A program made the translations under genes and the position numbers. Below the pieces are notes generated by a model, which saw only the letters and a program-made list of their open reading frames with translations, did not search any database and was not told the DNA's origin. DNA of 64,000 nucleotides from a virus: IMG/VR virus record IMGVR_UViG_3300015050_000678, positions 26,132 to 90,131 of that record. The stretch is one strand, 5' to 3'. Shown piece after piece: positions 1-9,013 of the stretch (position 1 is its first letter; the number at the start of each line of letters is the position of its first letter).

Positions 1-279
1 ATTGATGGTAATAAATTAAATTACTCATTAGATAATTTAGAATGGTGTACTCATTCTCAAAACACAACACATTCTTATAAAATAGGATTACAAAAAACAA
101 GTAATAAAAGAATTTTAAAAATTAGTAAAAAAGTACTAAATATTAAAACTTTAGAAATTTATAATTCTGCAAAAGAAGCTGCATTTAAAAATAATTTAAA
201 TTATAATACTTTGATGTGTAGATTAAACGGTAGTATTACAAATAATACAAATTTAAAATATTTAGAAAATGAAAACTAA
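1..279 (+). CDS. HNH homing endonuclease, 3' part (5' end outside window)
   Basis: Frame 1 is open from base 1 and reads IDGNKLNYSLDNLEWCTHSQN (HNH motif) then a NUMOD1-like IYNSAKEAA..LNYNTL tail. Stop TAA at 277-279 overlaps the PolB start. Not in the supplied ORF track. Confidence 0.8.
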   Translation: MDGNKLNYSLDNLEWCTHSQNTTHSYKIGLQKTSNKRILKISKKVLNIKTLEIYNSAKEAAFKNNLNYNTLMCRLNGSITNNTNLKYLENEN

Positions 280-2104
280 GTGGCAAAAAGTAATATTTGA
301 TGTTGAAGTTTATCCAAACTGTTTTCTCTGTGCTATACAAGATGTAGATACTAAAGAGAAAATAGTTTGGGAAATTTCTGATAGAACAAATGAATATGAT
401 AATATTGTTAATTTCTTTAAGAATTTTAATCAATATTTAATTTCATTTAATGGAATACATTATGATAATTGTATTATAATGTATATTATCCACAATAAAC
501 TAGATAATGTTGAAGATTATCTACAAAAACTAAAAGATTGGTCAGATTATATAATACATAATGACTTTTGGTGGAATGATAGAGAATTAAGTAAGTATAA
601 ATACCATAATAAATGGATAGACATCGACTTATTTCTATATTGGAGTAAAATGCTTAGATTAAGTAAAAAATTAAGTCTTAAGGGACTTGCTATTCAACTT
701 AATTATCCTGTAGTACAGGAATTACCATTTGATCCAGCAATGAGCTTAAATCATGCTCAAATTGATGAATTAAGACATTACAATAGTGTACATGATTTGG
801 GTATTACTCAATTATTATATGACAACATGCTTAATGAAGTTAAATTAAGACAATATATTAGTGAAACTTATAATTTAAAGTGTTTTAGTTGGGATGCACC
901 TAAAATGGCATCTGAGTTGTTATTACAAGAATATTGTAAATTAACAAACCAGGAACCCAAATATGTTAAATCACTTAAATTTGAACATAAAAATAAATTA
1001 GAATTACCAGAAATTAACTTTCAAATGGATTGTTTTAAAGATTTATATAATGAAATGTCTGATTCTTTAAATGAATTTAGTAAAGAAATTATAATAATTA
1101 ATAACAATACAAGACTAAAACTAACTTATGGTAAAGGTGGTTTACATAGTGTAAATAAAAATGAATCTTATTTTGAAGATTGTGATAATTGCATTGTTAC
1201 AAGTGATGTAGCTAGTTTATATCCAAATCTTATTATTAATTATAATCTTTTAAGACAACCTGAAGTATTAAAATTATATACTAATGTTAAATCTGATAGG
1301 ATTGAAGCTAAAAGAAATAAAGATAAATCTAAAGATGCTCTATTAAAGTTAATTCTTAATTCAACATCTGGTATGATTGATAATCAATATTCTTGGTTAT
1401 ATTATCCAGAAGGAGCAATGAAACTTAGATTAATGGGACAATTAATTCTTTCATTAACTATTGAAAGATTAGTATTAGCTGGTTATCAAGTAATTAGTGC
1501 AAATACTGATGGTATTGAAGTTATTGTACCACAAGATAAATTAATGGATTATCGAGATATTGTTAATCAAGTTGGTAATGAATTTAATTTAGAATTTGAA
1601 CATGAAACATATAAAAAGATTATTTATATGAATGTTAATAATTATTTAGCTCAAACTGAATCTAAACTTAAACAAAAAGGTTTATTTGTTGAGAAACCCG
1701 AACTTGGAAATAGTGTAGATTATCTTATTATACCTAAAGCATTAAAAGCTTATTATATTGATAATATACCTATTAAAAAGTTTGTTGAATCACATACTAA
1801 TATATTAGATTTTTGTTGTAGTCAAAAAGTAGATAAGTCTTATCATATTACTTGGACTAATCCTCAATTTGAAACTAGTAAACAACAAAGATTAAATAGA
1901 TTTTATGCTTCAACTAAAGGTGGTTATATATTTAAATGTAGAAATGGTAAACAAAATCATTTATTAAAAGAATCTGGAGTAATGATTTACAATAATCATA
2001 ATCCTAATGTATTTCCTACAGATATTAATTATAAATTTTATATTGCACAAATTAATAAGATTATAATAGAGATAAATAATAAAAATCAATTAAATTTATT
2101 TTAA
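269..2104 (+). CDS. polB: Family B DNA polymerase
   Basis: Exonuclease motifs FDVEVY and FNGIHYD; polymerase motifs SDVASLYPN, KLILNSTSG and ANTDG. Ends in QLNLF. Confidence 0.93.
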   Translation: MKTKWQKVIFDVEVYPNCFLCAIQDVDTKEKIVWEISDRTNEYDNIVNFFKNFNQYLISFNGIHYDNCIIMYIIHNKLDNVEDYLQKLKDWSDYIIHNDFWWNDRELSKYKYHNKWIDIDLFLYWSKMLRLSKKLSLKGLAIQLNYPVVQELPFDPAMSLNHAQIDELRHYNSVHDLGITQLLYDNMLNEVKLRQYISETYNLKCFSWDAPKMASELLLQEYCKLTNQEPKYVKSLKFEHKNKLELPEINFQMDCFKDLYNEMSDSLNEFSKEIIIINNNTRLKLTYGKGGLHSVNKNESYFEDCDNCIVTSDVASLYPNLIINYNLLRQPEVLKLYTNVKSDRIEAKRNKDKSKDALLKLILNSTSGMIDNQYSWLYYPEGAMKLRLMGQLILSLTIERLVLAGYQVISANTDGIEVIVPQDKLMDYRDIVNQVGNEFNLEFEHETYKKIIYMNVNNYLAQTESKLKQKGLFVEKPELGNSVDYLIIPKALKAYYIDNIPIKKFVESHTNILDFCCSQKVDKSYHITWTNPQFETSKQQRLNRFYASTKGGYIFKCRNGKQNHLLKESGVMIYNNHNPNVFPTDINYKFYIAQINKIIIEINNKNQLNLF

Positions 2105-2105
2105 A

Positions 2106-2402
2106 ATGGAAAGATATGTAAAAAACATTAAAAAATGGTTTAATGAAAATTCTGAACTAGGTAAAATTTATGATACAAGTAAACCATTTCCTACACATTT
2201 AGATTATTGTAAAGATGAAACTTGGGAAAATGTGTTATTAGATGATAGATATCATTTAAATACATCAGGTTGGAAAACATGGTTTATACCTGCTACTGAA
2301 GAAGAGTATAATATACAAGAGAGTATAGATGTAATTAAACCGATTATTAATGAAGATTTATCATATTTAATTCCAATTTTAAAAAACCACAATATAATAT
2401 GA
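2106..2402 (+). CDS. Small modular protein with shared C-terminal tag (member 1)
   Basis: WFIPATEEEY motif; ends PIINEDLSYLIPILKNHNII. Confidence 0.8.
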   Translation: MERYVKNIKKWFNENSELGKIYDTSKPFPTHLDYCKDETWENVLLDDRYHLNTSGWKTWFIPATEEEYNIQESIDVIKPIINEDLSYLIPILKNHNII

Positions 2403-2716
2403 AACAAGAAGATTTAATAGTTGGTGCTTGGTATAGACAAACAGATAAAAATAATGTTTTTGGTAAATTAGAAACTTTAAAAGGTTTAACTAATAATTAT
2501 TTTCCGTCTAAAGAATATATTGTAGGTACTAACTATGATAATACAGGTAATTTTTTTGCGTGGAATATAGATAATTTAATACAAGTAAATTTAGAAGAAA
2601 TTCAAGAGTATTTACCAGATAATCATCCTGATAAAATGTTAACTTTTAAACAATTTGATAACTTAGAACCATTATTAAAAATATTAAATGAAATAAAATT
2701 AGATAAAAATGTTTAA
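2399..2716 (+). CDS. Small modular protein with tag variant (member 2)
   Basis: LEEIQEYLPDNHPDK segment; ends DNLEPLLKILNEIKLDKNV. Confidence 0.75.
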   Translation: MKQEDLIVGAWYRQTDKNNVFGKLETLKGLTNNYFPSKEYIVGTNYDNTGNFFAWNIDNLIQVNLEEIQEYLPDNHPDKMLTFKQFDNLEPLLKILNEIKLDKNV

Positions 2717-3284
2717 GAAAGATGAATATATAGTATGTTTAAATACCCCGGATTTGGATCCTTCTTTTCCAAAAAATTATATTTTTAAACAAAGAGAAGA
2801 TTTAGAACATCTTCGTTGTGAAAAAGATTTAACAAATTATCCTAATGGTTGGAGTTATATAACTTTTAATAATTTGGGAAAATATTCAGATTGGAGATAT
2901 GCAACTATTGAAGAAGCTCAACATTATGAACTTATCGGTAAACCTTATGATGTAACTACATTACCAGAGTTTATATTACCAGATAATTGGTATATTTTAG
3001 TTACTGAAGAAAATGCTACAGATGTTTTAACATGGAGATTTGAAGATAGTTATGAAATAAAAGATAATATTACTTTCTTAGATAAGATTGTAGGAATGGA
3101 TATTGATGGATGCAAAGGACATAATCCTAAAGATCAAATTAAATCAAAAGATGGTTATGACTTTGGTAATGAAATTACTTATAAACAATTTAAAAAATAT
3201 GTACTTAAAGTTGATGATAAACCAGTAGAAAAAGAAGACTTAAGTTATTTAATTCCATTTTTACATAATCTAAATATAACTTAA
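2709..3284 (+). CDS. Two-module protein with shared C-terminal tag (member 3)
   Basis: WRYATIEEA module plus LPDNW...EITYKQFKKYVL module; ends PVEKEDLSYLIPFLHNLNIT. Confidence 0.8.
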   Translation: MFKKDEYIVCLNTPDLDPSFPKNYIFKQREDLEHLRCEKDLTNYPNGWSYITFNNLGKYSDWRYATIEEAQHYELIGKPYDVTTLPEFILPDNWYILVTEENATDVLTWRFEDSYEIKDNITFLDKIVGMDIDGCKGHNPKDQIKSKDGYDFGNEITYKQFKKYVLKVDDKPVEKEDLSYLIPFLHNLNIT

Positions 3285-3285
3285 T

Positions 3286-3786
3286 ATGAAAGAAAAATAT
3301 AAATATGTTAAAATAATTAAAAAATCAGAAATTGAAACTGTTTGGTATAATGATAAAATTGGTAAAATAGTAAAAATTAATGCTAGAAAATTAGAAGATA
3401 GTTGTTTTAAAGTATTAGATTTTACTTGTAATAATCATTTAGGTGTATTTGTTTCACCTGATATGTTTGAATACTCAACAAAAGAAGATTATGATAATCA
3501 AAATCAATTTATATTACCTGAAAAGTGGTGTGTAAAAGATACTTTTGATGAAAAATCTAATGGGTTATACGAATATGCAAATATTAATGGAGCAAGACCA
3601 CCTTATGGAATTTCTAAAGTATCACATTATTATCATTTTCCATCTTTTAAAAACTGTACTACAGCAAGTAAAATAGAAGAAAATTATATTGAAATCACTT
3701 TAGATCAATTTTTAAAATATGTATTAAATAAAGAACCAATTAAAGAAGATATGACTGCGTTAATTAAATTACTTGAAGGATTATGA
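3286..3786 (+). CDS. Two-module protein with shared C-terminal tag (member 4)
   Basis: FEYSTKEDY plus LPEKW...EITLDQFLKYVL; ends PIKEDMTALIKLLEGL. Confidence 0.8.
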   Translation: MKEKYKYVKIIKKSEIETVWYNDKIGKIVKINARKLEDSCFKVLDFTCNNHLGVFVSPDMFEYSTKEDYDNQNQFILPEKWCVKDTFDEKSNGLYEYANINGARPPYGISKVSHYYHFPSFKNCTTASKIEENYIEITLDQFLKYVLNKEPIKEDMTALIKLLEGL

Positions 3787-4082
3787 CAATAGAAGAAGCA
3801 CAAGAAGAATGTAAAAGAAGATTTCCTATTGGTTGTACTTATAAAGATATTACTAATGGAAATATACATGTATTAAAAAATGATTATAATGTTTATAGTA
3901 TTATAAATCTTGATCTAGTACAAGCACATAATGGAGCAGGATTATTATATGATAATCGTAATGGTGAAAATATCTTTGCAAAATTAATTTCATATCCTGA
4001 AGGTTATGTAAGACCTGAAGAATCCGAACCAATAAAAGATGATCTTGAACCACTTGCTAAATTACTTAAAGAAATAACTTAA
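3783..4082 (+). CDS. Small protein with shared C-terminal tag (member 5)
   Basis: EECKRRFPIG N-terminus; ends PIKDDLEPLAKLLKEIT. Confidence 0.8.
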   Translation: MTIEEAQEECKRRFPIGCTYKDITNGNIHVLKNDYNVYSIINLDLVQAHNGAGLLYDNRNGENIFAKLISYPEGYVRPEESEPIKDDLEPLAKLLKEIT

Positions 4083-4083
4083 T

Positions 4084-4368
4084 ATGGATTTTAAAGATGA
4101 ATACGTAGAAATAATAATAGATGAAAGTTGTTTTAAACAAGGTGAAATATTAAAAAAGGAATATTATAATAATGGTACTAATGATTGGAGATTTGTATGG
4201 CCAGACGATTCCGGACAAGTATATAATAAATCATATAAAAATCATTTTATACCTTCAACATTGAAAAAATATAATAAATATTGGGGAAATCCAATTGAAC
4301 CAGAAACACCAATAAAAGATGATTTATCTGGATTAGTTAATTTATTTCAAAAACTTAATATAACATGA
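4084..4368 (+). CDS. Small protein with shared C-terminal tag (member 6)
   Basis: FIPSTLKKY motif; ends PIKDDLSGLVNLFQKLNIT. Confidence 0.8.
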   Translation: MDFKDEYVEIIIDESCFKQGEILKKEYYNNGTNDWRFVWPDDSGQVYNKSYKNHFIPSTLKKYNKYWGNPIEPETPIKDDLSGLVNLFQKLNIT

Positions 4369-4670
4369 AAAAAGAATTTGAATTACCTAAATATTGGTAT
4401 TTAAAAATAACACCTAATATATTAGATGAAGTTAACCATTTTAGAATAAATATTGCAAAATATTCTATGGGTAATATAGATGATAAACGATATCCTTTAT
4501 TATACGAAGATGGTTCTGGTGGATCTCCACCTACTAATAAGTACCAAGTTGAACTTAGTTTATCTGATTTTAGACAATATGTATTAAAAACTTCAGTTGT
4601 TGAACCAATTATAATTAATGAAGATTTAACTTATTTAGGCAAGTTTTTAAAAGATTTAAATATAACATAA
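4365..4670 (+). CDS. Small protein with shared C-terminal tag (member 7)
   Basis: LPKYW...ELSLSDFRQYVL; ends PIIINEDLTYLGKFLKDLNIT. Confidence 0.8.
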   Translation: MKKEFELPKYWYLKITPNILDEVNHFRINIAKYSMGNIDDKRYPLLYEDGSGGSPPTNKYQVELSLSDFRQYVLKTSVVEPIIINEDLTYLGKFLKDLNIT

Positions 4671-5737
4671 TGGAAGAAGTAATACACGTAGAAACACAAG
4701 AAGAATGGGATATTGTTACTGAACATTATAAGTTAGATTGGCATCGAATTTCTACATTTGATAATTATAAAAGTAAGACTTGTATAAAAGCACCAAATAA
4801 TCAATATGGAAGACTTGATTATTATTTAAGTGAGGGTTTAAAAGTAATTGAATTTAAAGAGTGGTATAAATTAATAAATAAAAATGTAAATATGAAAGAA
4901 AAAGGAATGGAAGAATTAATGTTAGATGTTTTGAATAAAACCTATGACAATCTATTATTAAGAAGAAAAACAGTTCCACTGTTTATGTCAAATCCTGGTA
5001 TGGGTAAGTCTACACTTATCAGAGAATTTGCTGAAAAAAAAGGTGTTAAAATGGTGAAAATAACACTTAGTACTAGAATGCCTAATGAAGTTACTGGAAT
5101 GGTAATGCCTGATTTAGCAAATAATGCAGCAGCATTGTTAGATAGTCATCAATTGACTAATTTAAAAGATGGTGATATTTTATTCTTTGATGAAGTATTT
5201 AATGGTGTTCTAAAACAAACATTAGATGCATTTCTAAATCTTTTAGAAGATAGAATGTTACTTAGTGGTAGAAAGTTAGCAGATGTAATGATTATTGCAG
5301 CAAGTAATCCACAAGGTTTAATTACTTTAACTCCTCAAATTAAAGAAAGATTTATTAGATATGATCTAAAGTTTGATGGGCCAGAATTTCAAGTATACTT
5401 GAAAGATAAATACGGTATGCCTGAATCTATTTCACATCATATAGTAACGTTAATTAATAAAGAAAAGTTTGAACAAGCAGCCTGGGATTATTTAACACCA
5501 AGAAGTGTAGAAAAAGCAATAAATCAAATTGGATGTGATTTACAAAGTCCATATAATGATTTACTTCTTCCATTTCTTAGTAGTGAGATAGAATCACCAA
5601 TTGATTTAAAAAGTCTTAGTATAAAACAAGGTGAAAAAGTAGAATATTTAAAATTTTTAAAATTAATAATAAAAAACAAAAATGATACAGAAAATCAAAA
5701 GCAAAAGAGTGGAGTTGCCTCCAATATTCTTAATTGA
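4670..5737 (+). CDS. MoxR/dynein-related AAA+ ATPase with extra ~74-aa N-terminal module
   Basis: Walker A SNPGMGKST, Walker B ILFFDE, sensor-1 AASN, arginine finger ERF. Possible internal start at ATG 4892. Confidence 0.85.
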   Translation: MEEVIHVETQEEWDIVTEHYKLDWHRISTFDNYKSKTCIKAPNNQYGRLDYYLSEGLKVIEFKEWYKLINKNVNMKEKGMEELMLDVLNKTYDNLLLRRKTVPLFMSNPGMGKSTLIREFAEKKGVKMVKITLSTRMPNEVTGMVMPDLANNAAALLDSHQLTNLKDGDILFFDEVFNGVLKQTLDAFLNLLEDRMLLSGRKLADVMIIAASNPQGLITLTPQIKERFIRYDLKFDGPEFQVYLKDKYGMPESISHHIVTLINKEKFEQAAWDYLTPRSVEKAINQIGCDLQSPYNDLLLPFLSSEIESPIDLKSLSIKQGEKVEYLKFLKLIIKNKNDTENQKQKSGVASNILN

Positions 5738-6617
5738 GAATGAGGAGGATTTTAAAGAGTTACCTAAAGGTATTCCTTATATCGTAGGTAAACAATCAGA
5801 ATTAAGTTTTATTACTATATTCTTGGAATTTCAAGTATTGTACAAATCTTGTATGAATACTCAAATTCCAATTAAATGGTTAGAATGCTTAAAGAAAATT
5901 GGATATAGTTCCAATAAAAGTTATGAATTACATTCAGGTGGATCTTATTGGGAATCTGGAACTGGTAATTATACATTAAGTATCGATAACTTTGTAGAAG
6001 ATCAATATTTTGTTGATTTTGATAGATTATCTGATTTAAAAGTTTTACCTAAATGGTTAGATGATATTAAAGAGTCTATTCAAACTAATATTATTGATGA
6101 GGTTACTTTTGATCCAACCGCTTTTAATAAGCAATTAGGTTTAAATGTGGGTTCTAGTGGCATCAAGCATAATATGAAAAATCTATTAATATTAGATATT
6201 TCATCATCTATGCCTAAATCAGTAGTATTAAGTATTACAAATTTAGCTAAATTAATGTCTAAGAAGTTTTACGCAGATGTAATTTTAACAGGTGTACGTT
6301 CATATCTAATAGATTATGAAGATGTACCTAACACTGACATTGTAGGTTCTGTAAAGGAATACGGTGGAGGTAATGAAGGTGAAATGTATATGGAAATTGT
6401 AGCACAACATAAAGAGTATAACACAGTTATATCTTTTGGTGATAATGATTGTCCAGATAATTGTCGCAATGGTAAAAACCTAGTAAACAACTTCCAAGTT
6501 GAGACATTGTATTCTTTACATACTGAAAGTTCTAGTAGTAATATTACAGGTTATGCTAAGGCTTTTAAACCAAAAACAACAAACGTAGTAAAAGATTGGT
6601 TAAACACAATCAAATAA
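5682..6617 (+). CDS. vWA-domain protein, probable partner of the AAA ATPase
   Basis: MIDAS motif LILDISSSM, then GGGNE and FGD; overlaps the AAA gene. Confidence 0.75.
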   Translation: MIQKIKSKRVELPPIFLIENEEDFKELPKGIPYIVGKQSELSFITIFLEFQVLYKSCMNTQIPIKWLECLKKIGYSSNKSYELHSGGSYWESGTGNYTLSIDNFVEDQYFVDFDRLSDLKVLPKWLDDIKESIQTNIIDEVTFDPTAFNKQLGLNVGSSGIKHNMKNLLILDISSSMPKSVVLSITNLAKLMSKKFYADVILTGVRSYLIDYEDVPNTDIVGSVKEYGGGNEGEMYMEIVAQHKEYNTVISFGDNDCPDNCRNGKNLVNNFQVETLYSLHTESSSSNITGYAKAFKPKTTNVVKDWLNTIK

Positions 6618-6659
6618 TAATAACATCAATAAATAATAACAATTAAAACAAAAAACAAA

Positions 6660-7148
6660 ATGGAATTTTTAACATCAAAAGGATTAGATTTAAACGCAGC
6701 AGGTTACTTAATTAGTAAAGACACTAAAAAACCAGTAAATCATGCAGAATTTGTAAAACAACAACAAGCAGCAGAATATACTGTTAAATTAGCAGAAGCT
6801 ATTAAAGATAAAAACTTTAAATCTGAAAAAGTAGATAACTTAGATGCTATTAAAGCTGAAGTTCGTGCTGCTATGAGTAATAATACAAGAATGTATGTTG
6901 CAGAACCAACTAAACCAACTAGTAAAGTACAAGATGAGTTAGTTAAATATGCATTAGATTTCTTAGATTTTGAAGATTCTAAATCTGAATCTGCAGAAAT
7001 CAACAAATTAATGAATGAATTTAACACAATTAATGATGTTGAATCAGTTGGAGATTATTTCTCTGAAGGTGTGGTAAAATTAAATGCAATTTATAGTATT
7101 AAAACTATTTTAGCTGCAATTAAAATTACTTACAGTAAATTAAAATAA
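6660..7148 (+). CDS. Hypothetical protein
   Basis: 162-aa ORF with an A-rich initiation region. Confidence 0.7.
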   Translation: MEFLTSKGLDLNAAGYLISKDTKKPVNHAEFVKQQQAAEYTVKLAEAIKDKNFKSEKVDNLDAIKAEVRAAMSNNTRMYVAEPTKPTSKVQDELVKYALDFLDFEDSKSESAEINKLMNEFNTINDVESVGDYFSEGVVKLNAIYSIKTILAAIKITYSKLK

Positions 7149-7157
7149 TCTAAATAT

Positions 7158-7218
7158 AATAGGTGTTCTCATGTGTTCGAGAGGAGAATTAAATGAACTA
7201 ATCAATGTCAGCCTATTT
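7158..7218 (+). other. Candidate structured intergenic element
   Basis: AATAGG/CCTATT outer stem enclosing a TTCTC/GAGAA hairpin; loop GTTC is complementary to downstream GAAC. Confidence 0.35.
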
Positions 7219-7236
7219 ATTTTTAAAACAAATTAA

Positions 7237-7455
7237 ATGAAAATATTAAAATTAATTATTGTAGTTTTATTTTTTACAAGTTGTAATGTTGGTTCAACAA
7301 AAATGTTATCAATATATCAAAAAGCTTACCCAAAAGGTACAGTTTATGTAACTTACACAAAAGATGTAATAGTTATAGATTCACTAAACAATGTTTGGTT
7401 TATTTTACCATTTAAATCAAATGGTAGTATTTCAAGTATAGTTAAAATAAAATAA
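7237..7455 (+). CDS. Small lipoprotein
   Basis: Signal peptide with a Bacteroidota-type lipobox (FFTSC). Confidence 0.65.
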   Translation: MKILKLIIVVLFFTSCNVGSTKMLSIYQKAYPKGTVYVTYTKDVIVIDSLNNVWFILPFKSNGSISSIVKIK

Positions 7456-7461
7456 AATAAA

Positions 7462-8199
7462 ATGAAAAAACAAGTTAACGATTTAATTGCAATATTAAAA
7501 AAACAAGATATACAAGGATGTATTACAGGTAGTTGTATGTTAGATTATTTTGAAGGTGCTGATGTAGATTTATTTTGTTATGATGAACAAAGTTTTACAG
7601 CATTATTATACTACATGAAGTACGATCCAATGTTTACAATTCTTGATCCATTAGAACTTCATAAATTTAATGATTACACTAAGAATGGAAAATCTTCATT
7701 AGATTCAATTGGATTAGTTACTATAAAGTTTAAGTATAATCTATGTATTGATGCCAATATAACTTTTAAAAAGTTTCATAAAACAATATTCGATGTTCTT
7801 AGTAATTTTGATTTAGATATAATTACTACAGGATATGATATTAAAACTGGTAAGATTATTTCATTAAGAGAATCTACTGATAAAGTAGGTACTTGGAATA
7901 AATGGAATAAAACATTTTATCAATCAGACTTTTGGTCTACAAAACGTCTATTAAGACAATTTGAACGTGTAGTTAAATACACGGAAAGAGGATATGATTT
8001 AACCTCAGTTACAGATAAATATATTTCAATAGTAGAAGAAATATTATTAACTGAAAACTTTTATAAATCTGAAAAGGGTACGAAATACTTTACTGATACC
8101 ATCGAACAATTTGAAGTTGTATTAAAAATACTTCAAGTTTGGAAAAGAGATTTAAAGATGACACCTGAACAAATATTAACATTAAGAACATTAATTTAA
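7462..8199 (+). CDS. Pol-beta superfamily nucleotidyltransferase
   Basis: ITGS-x9-DVDLF catalytic signature and a downstream FDLD motif. Confidence 0.7.
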   Translation: MKKQVNDLIAILKKQDIQGCITGSCMLDYFEGADVDLFCYDEQSFTALLYYMKYDPMFTILDPLELHKFNDYTKNGKSSLDSIGLVTIKFKYNLCIDANITFKKFHKTIFDVLSNFDLDIITTGYDIKTGKIISLRESTDKVGTWNKWNKTFYQSDFWSTKRLLRQFERVVKYTERGYDLTSVTDKYISIVEEILLTENFYKSEKGTKYFTDTIEQFEVVLKILQVWKRDLKMTPEQILTLRTLI

Positions 8200-8579
8200 T
8201 GAATTTAAATAAAACACAAATACAAGCATTAGCTACTAAATTTTATAATGAAATTAGTGCTAAAATAGATAAAGAAAATGCTATAAATTTTAAATCAAAA
8301 CTTGAAACATTTAGAGCAGATTACAATAAAGGTATTAAAATATTAGATAAAAATCCTTTTATTAAAAATATTGATATTAATATTGATAGTACACATATTG
8401 CTGAATTAAAAAGAAATATGACATTTGAACATTATAGTACTAATTATAATTTTAAATATGTAATTAAAGATAAAAAAGAAATTAAAAAATCAGATATTGA
8501 ATCAGATATAATTTTAGCTACAATTGATAGTCAATCAGTTGAAGATATTATGAAAGTATTAACTAACAAATATAAATAA
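8199..8579 (+). CDS. Hypothetical protein
   Basis: 126-aa ORF translationally coupled to the upstream gene. Confidence 0.65.
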   Translation: MNLNKTQIQALATKFYNEISAKIDKENAINFKSKLETFRADYNKGIKILDKNPFIKNIDINIDSTHIAELKRNMTFEHYSTNYNFKYVIKDKKEIKKSDIESDIILATIDSQSVEDIMKVLTNKYK

Positions 8580-8580
8580 T

Positions 8581-8760
8581 ATGTCAGAAATTGATAATTT
8601 ATTAGCAGAATTACGTAATATGAAAGCTAATACACCTAGTTTTAATCCTAAAGAAGTTTGGGATGGTATTGCAGAAAGAAAAGATTGGAGTTCATTAGGA
8701 TTCAAATCTAAAGAAGAATTTGAAAAATTCTTAAGTGATAACCCTTATGGTAATTTATAA
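8581..8760 (+). CDS. Hypothetical 59-aa protein
   Basis: MSEIDNLLAELRNMK...NPYGNL fills the gap exactly; below the ORF-track length cutoff. Confidence 0.65.
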   Translation: MSEIDNLLAELRNMKANTPSFNPKEVWDGIAERKDWSSLGFKSKEEFEKFLSDNPYGNL

Positions 8761-8761
8761 T

Positions 8762-9013
8762 ATGAGAAATTTTATAACAGAAAATAATCTATCTTTTGAA
8801 CAAGGTTCAAGAAATAGTACAGTGGTAACTTTAATTGGTTATGCTCAATTTAAAGGTTTAACATCTCAAGAATTAATTGATATTTTAAATCCAGAAATAA
8901 CTAATGATATTTTTATATTAGAAGAAATAAATCGTTTGTGGGATTACTGTAAAGTTAATAATTACAAAGCTTGGTGGAAATCTGAAGATTCAAAATTACA
9001 GTATACTTTCTAA
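8762..9013 (+). CDS. Stand-alone primase C-terminal (PriCT-1-like) domain
   Basis: EQGSRNSTVVTLIG motif. ATG 8762 preferred over GTG 8735 because it follows the upstream stop. Confidence 0.5.
   Translation: MRNFITENNLSFEQGSRNSTVVTLIGYAQFKGLTSQELIDILNPEITNDIFILEEINRLWDYCKVNNYKAWWKSEDSKLQYTF

Noticed and set aside
1-279. HNH gene as part of an intron interrupting polB
   Set aside because: PolB appears complete from its exonuclease I motif onward and the HNH ends at the polB start, so it looks free-standing. The upstream context is outside the window.
1345-1375. PolB motif B reads NSTSG instead of NSxYG
   Set aside because: To my recollection Ser/other substitutions here occur in crAss-like PolBs. 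All other motifs are intact, so it is not treated as novel or inactivating.
2106-4670. CRISPR array or integron cassette array
   Set aside because: The repeated ends are coding, vary at third codon positions and lack palindromic attC or direct-repeat structure. No cas or integrase gene is present.
8520-8579. C-terminus SVEDIMKVLTNKYK as a tenth tag (also YPLTNIK at 18398)
   Set aside because: Lacks the P-I linker and the DL-x-x-L-x-x-hydrophobic pattern; the resemblance is too weak.
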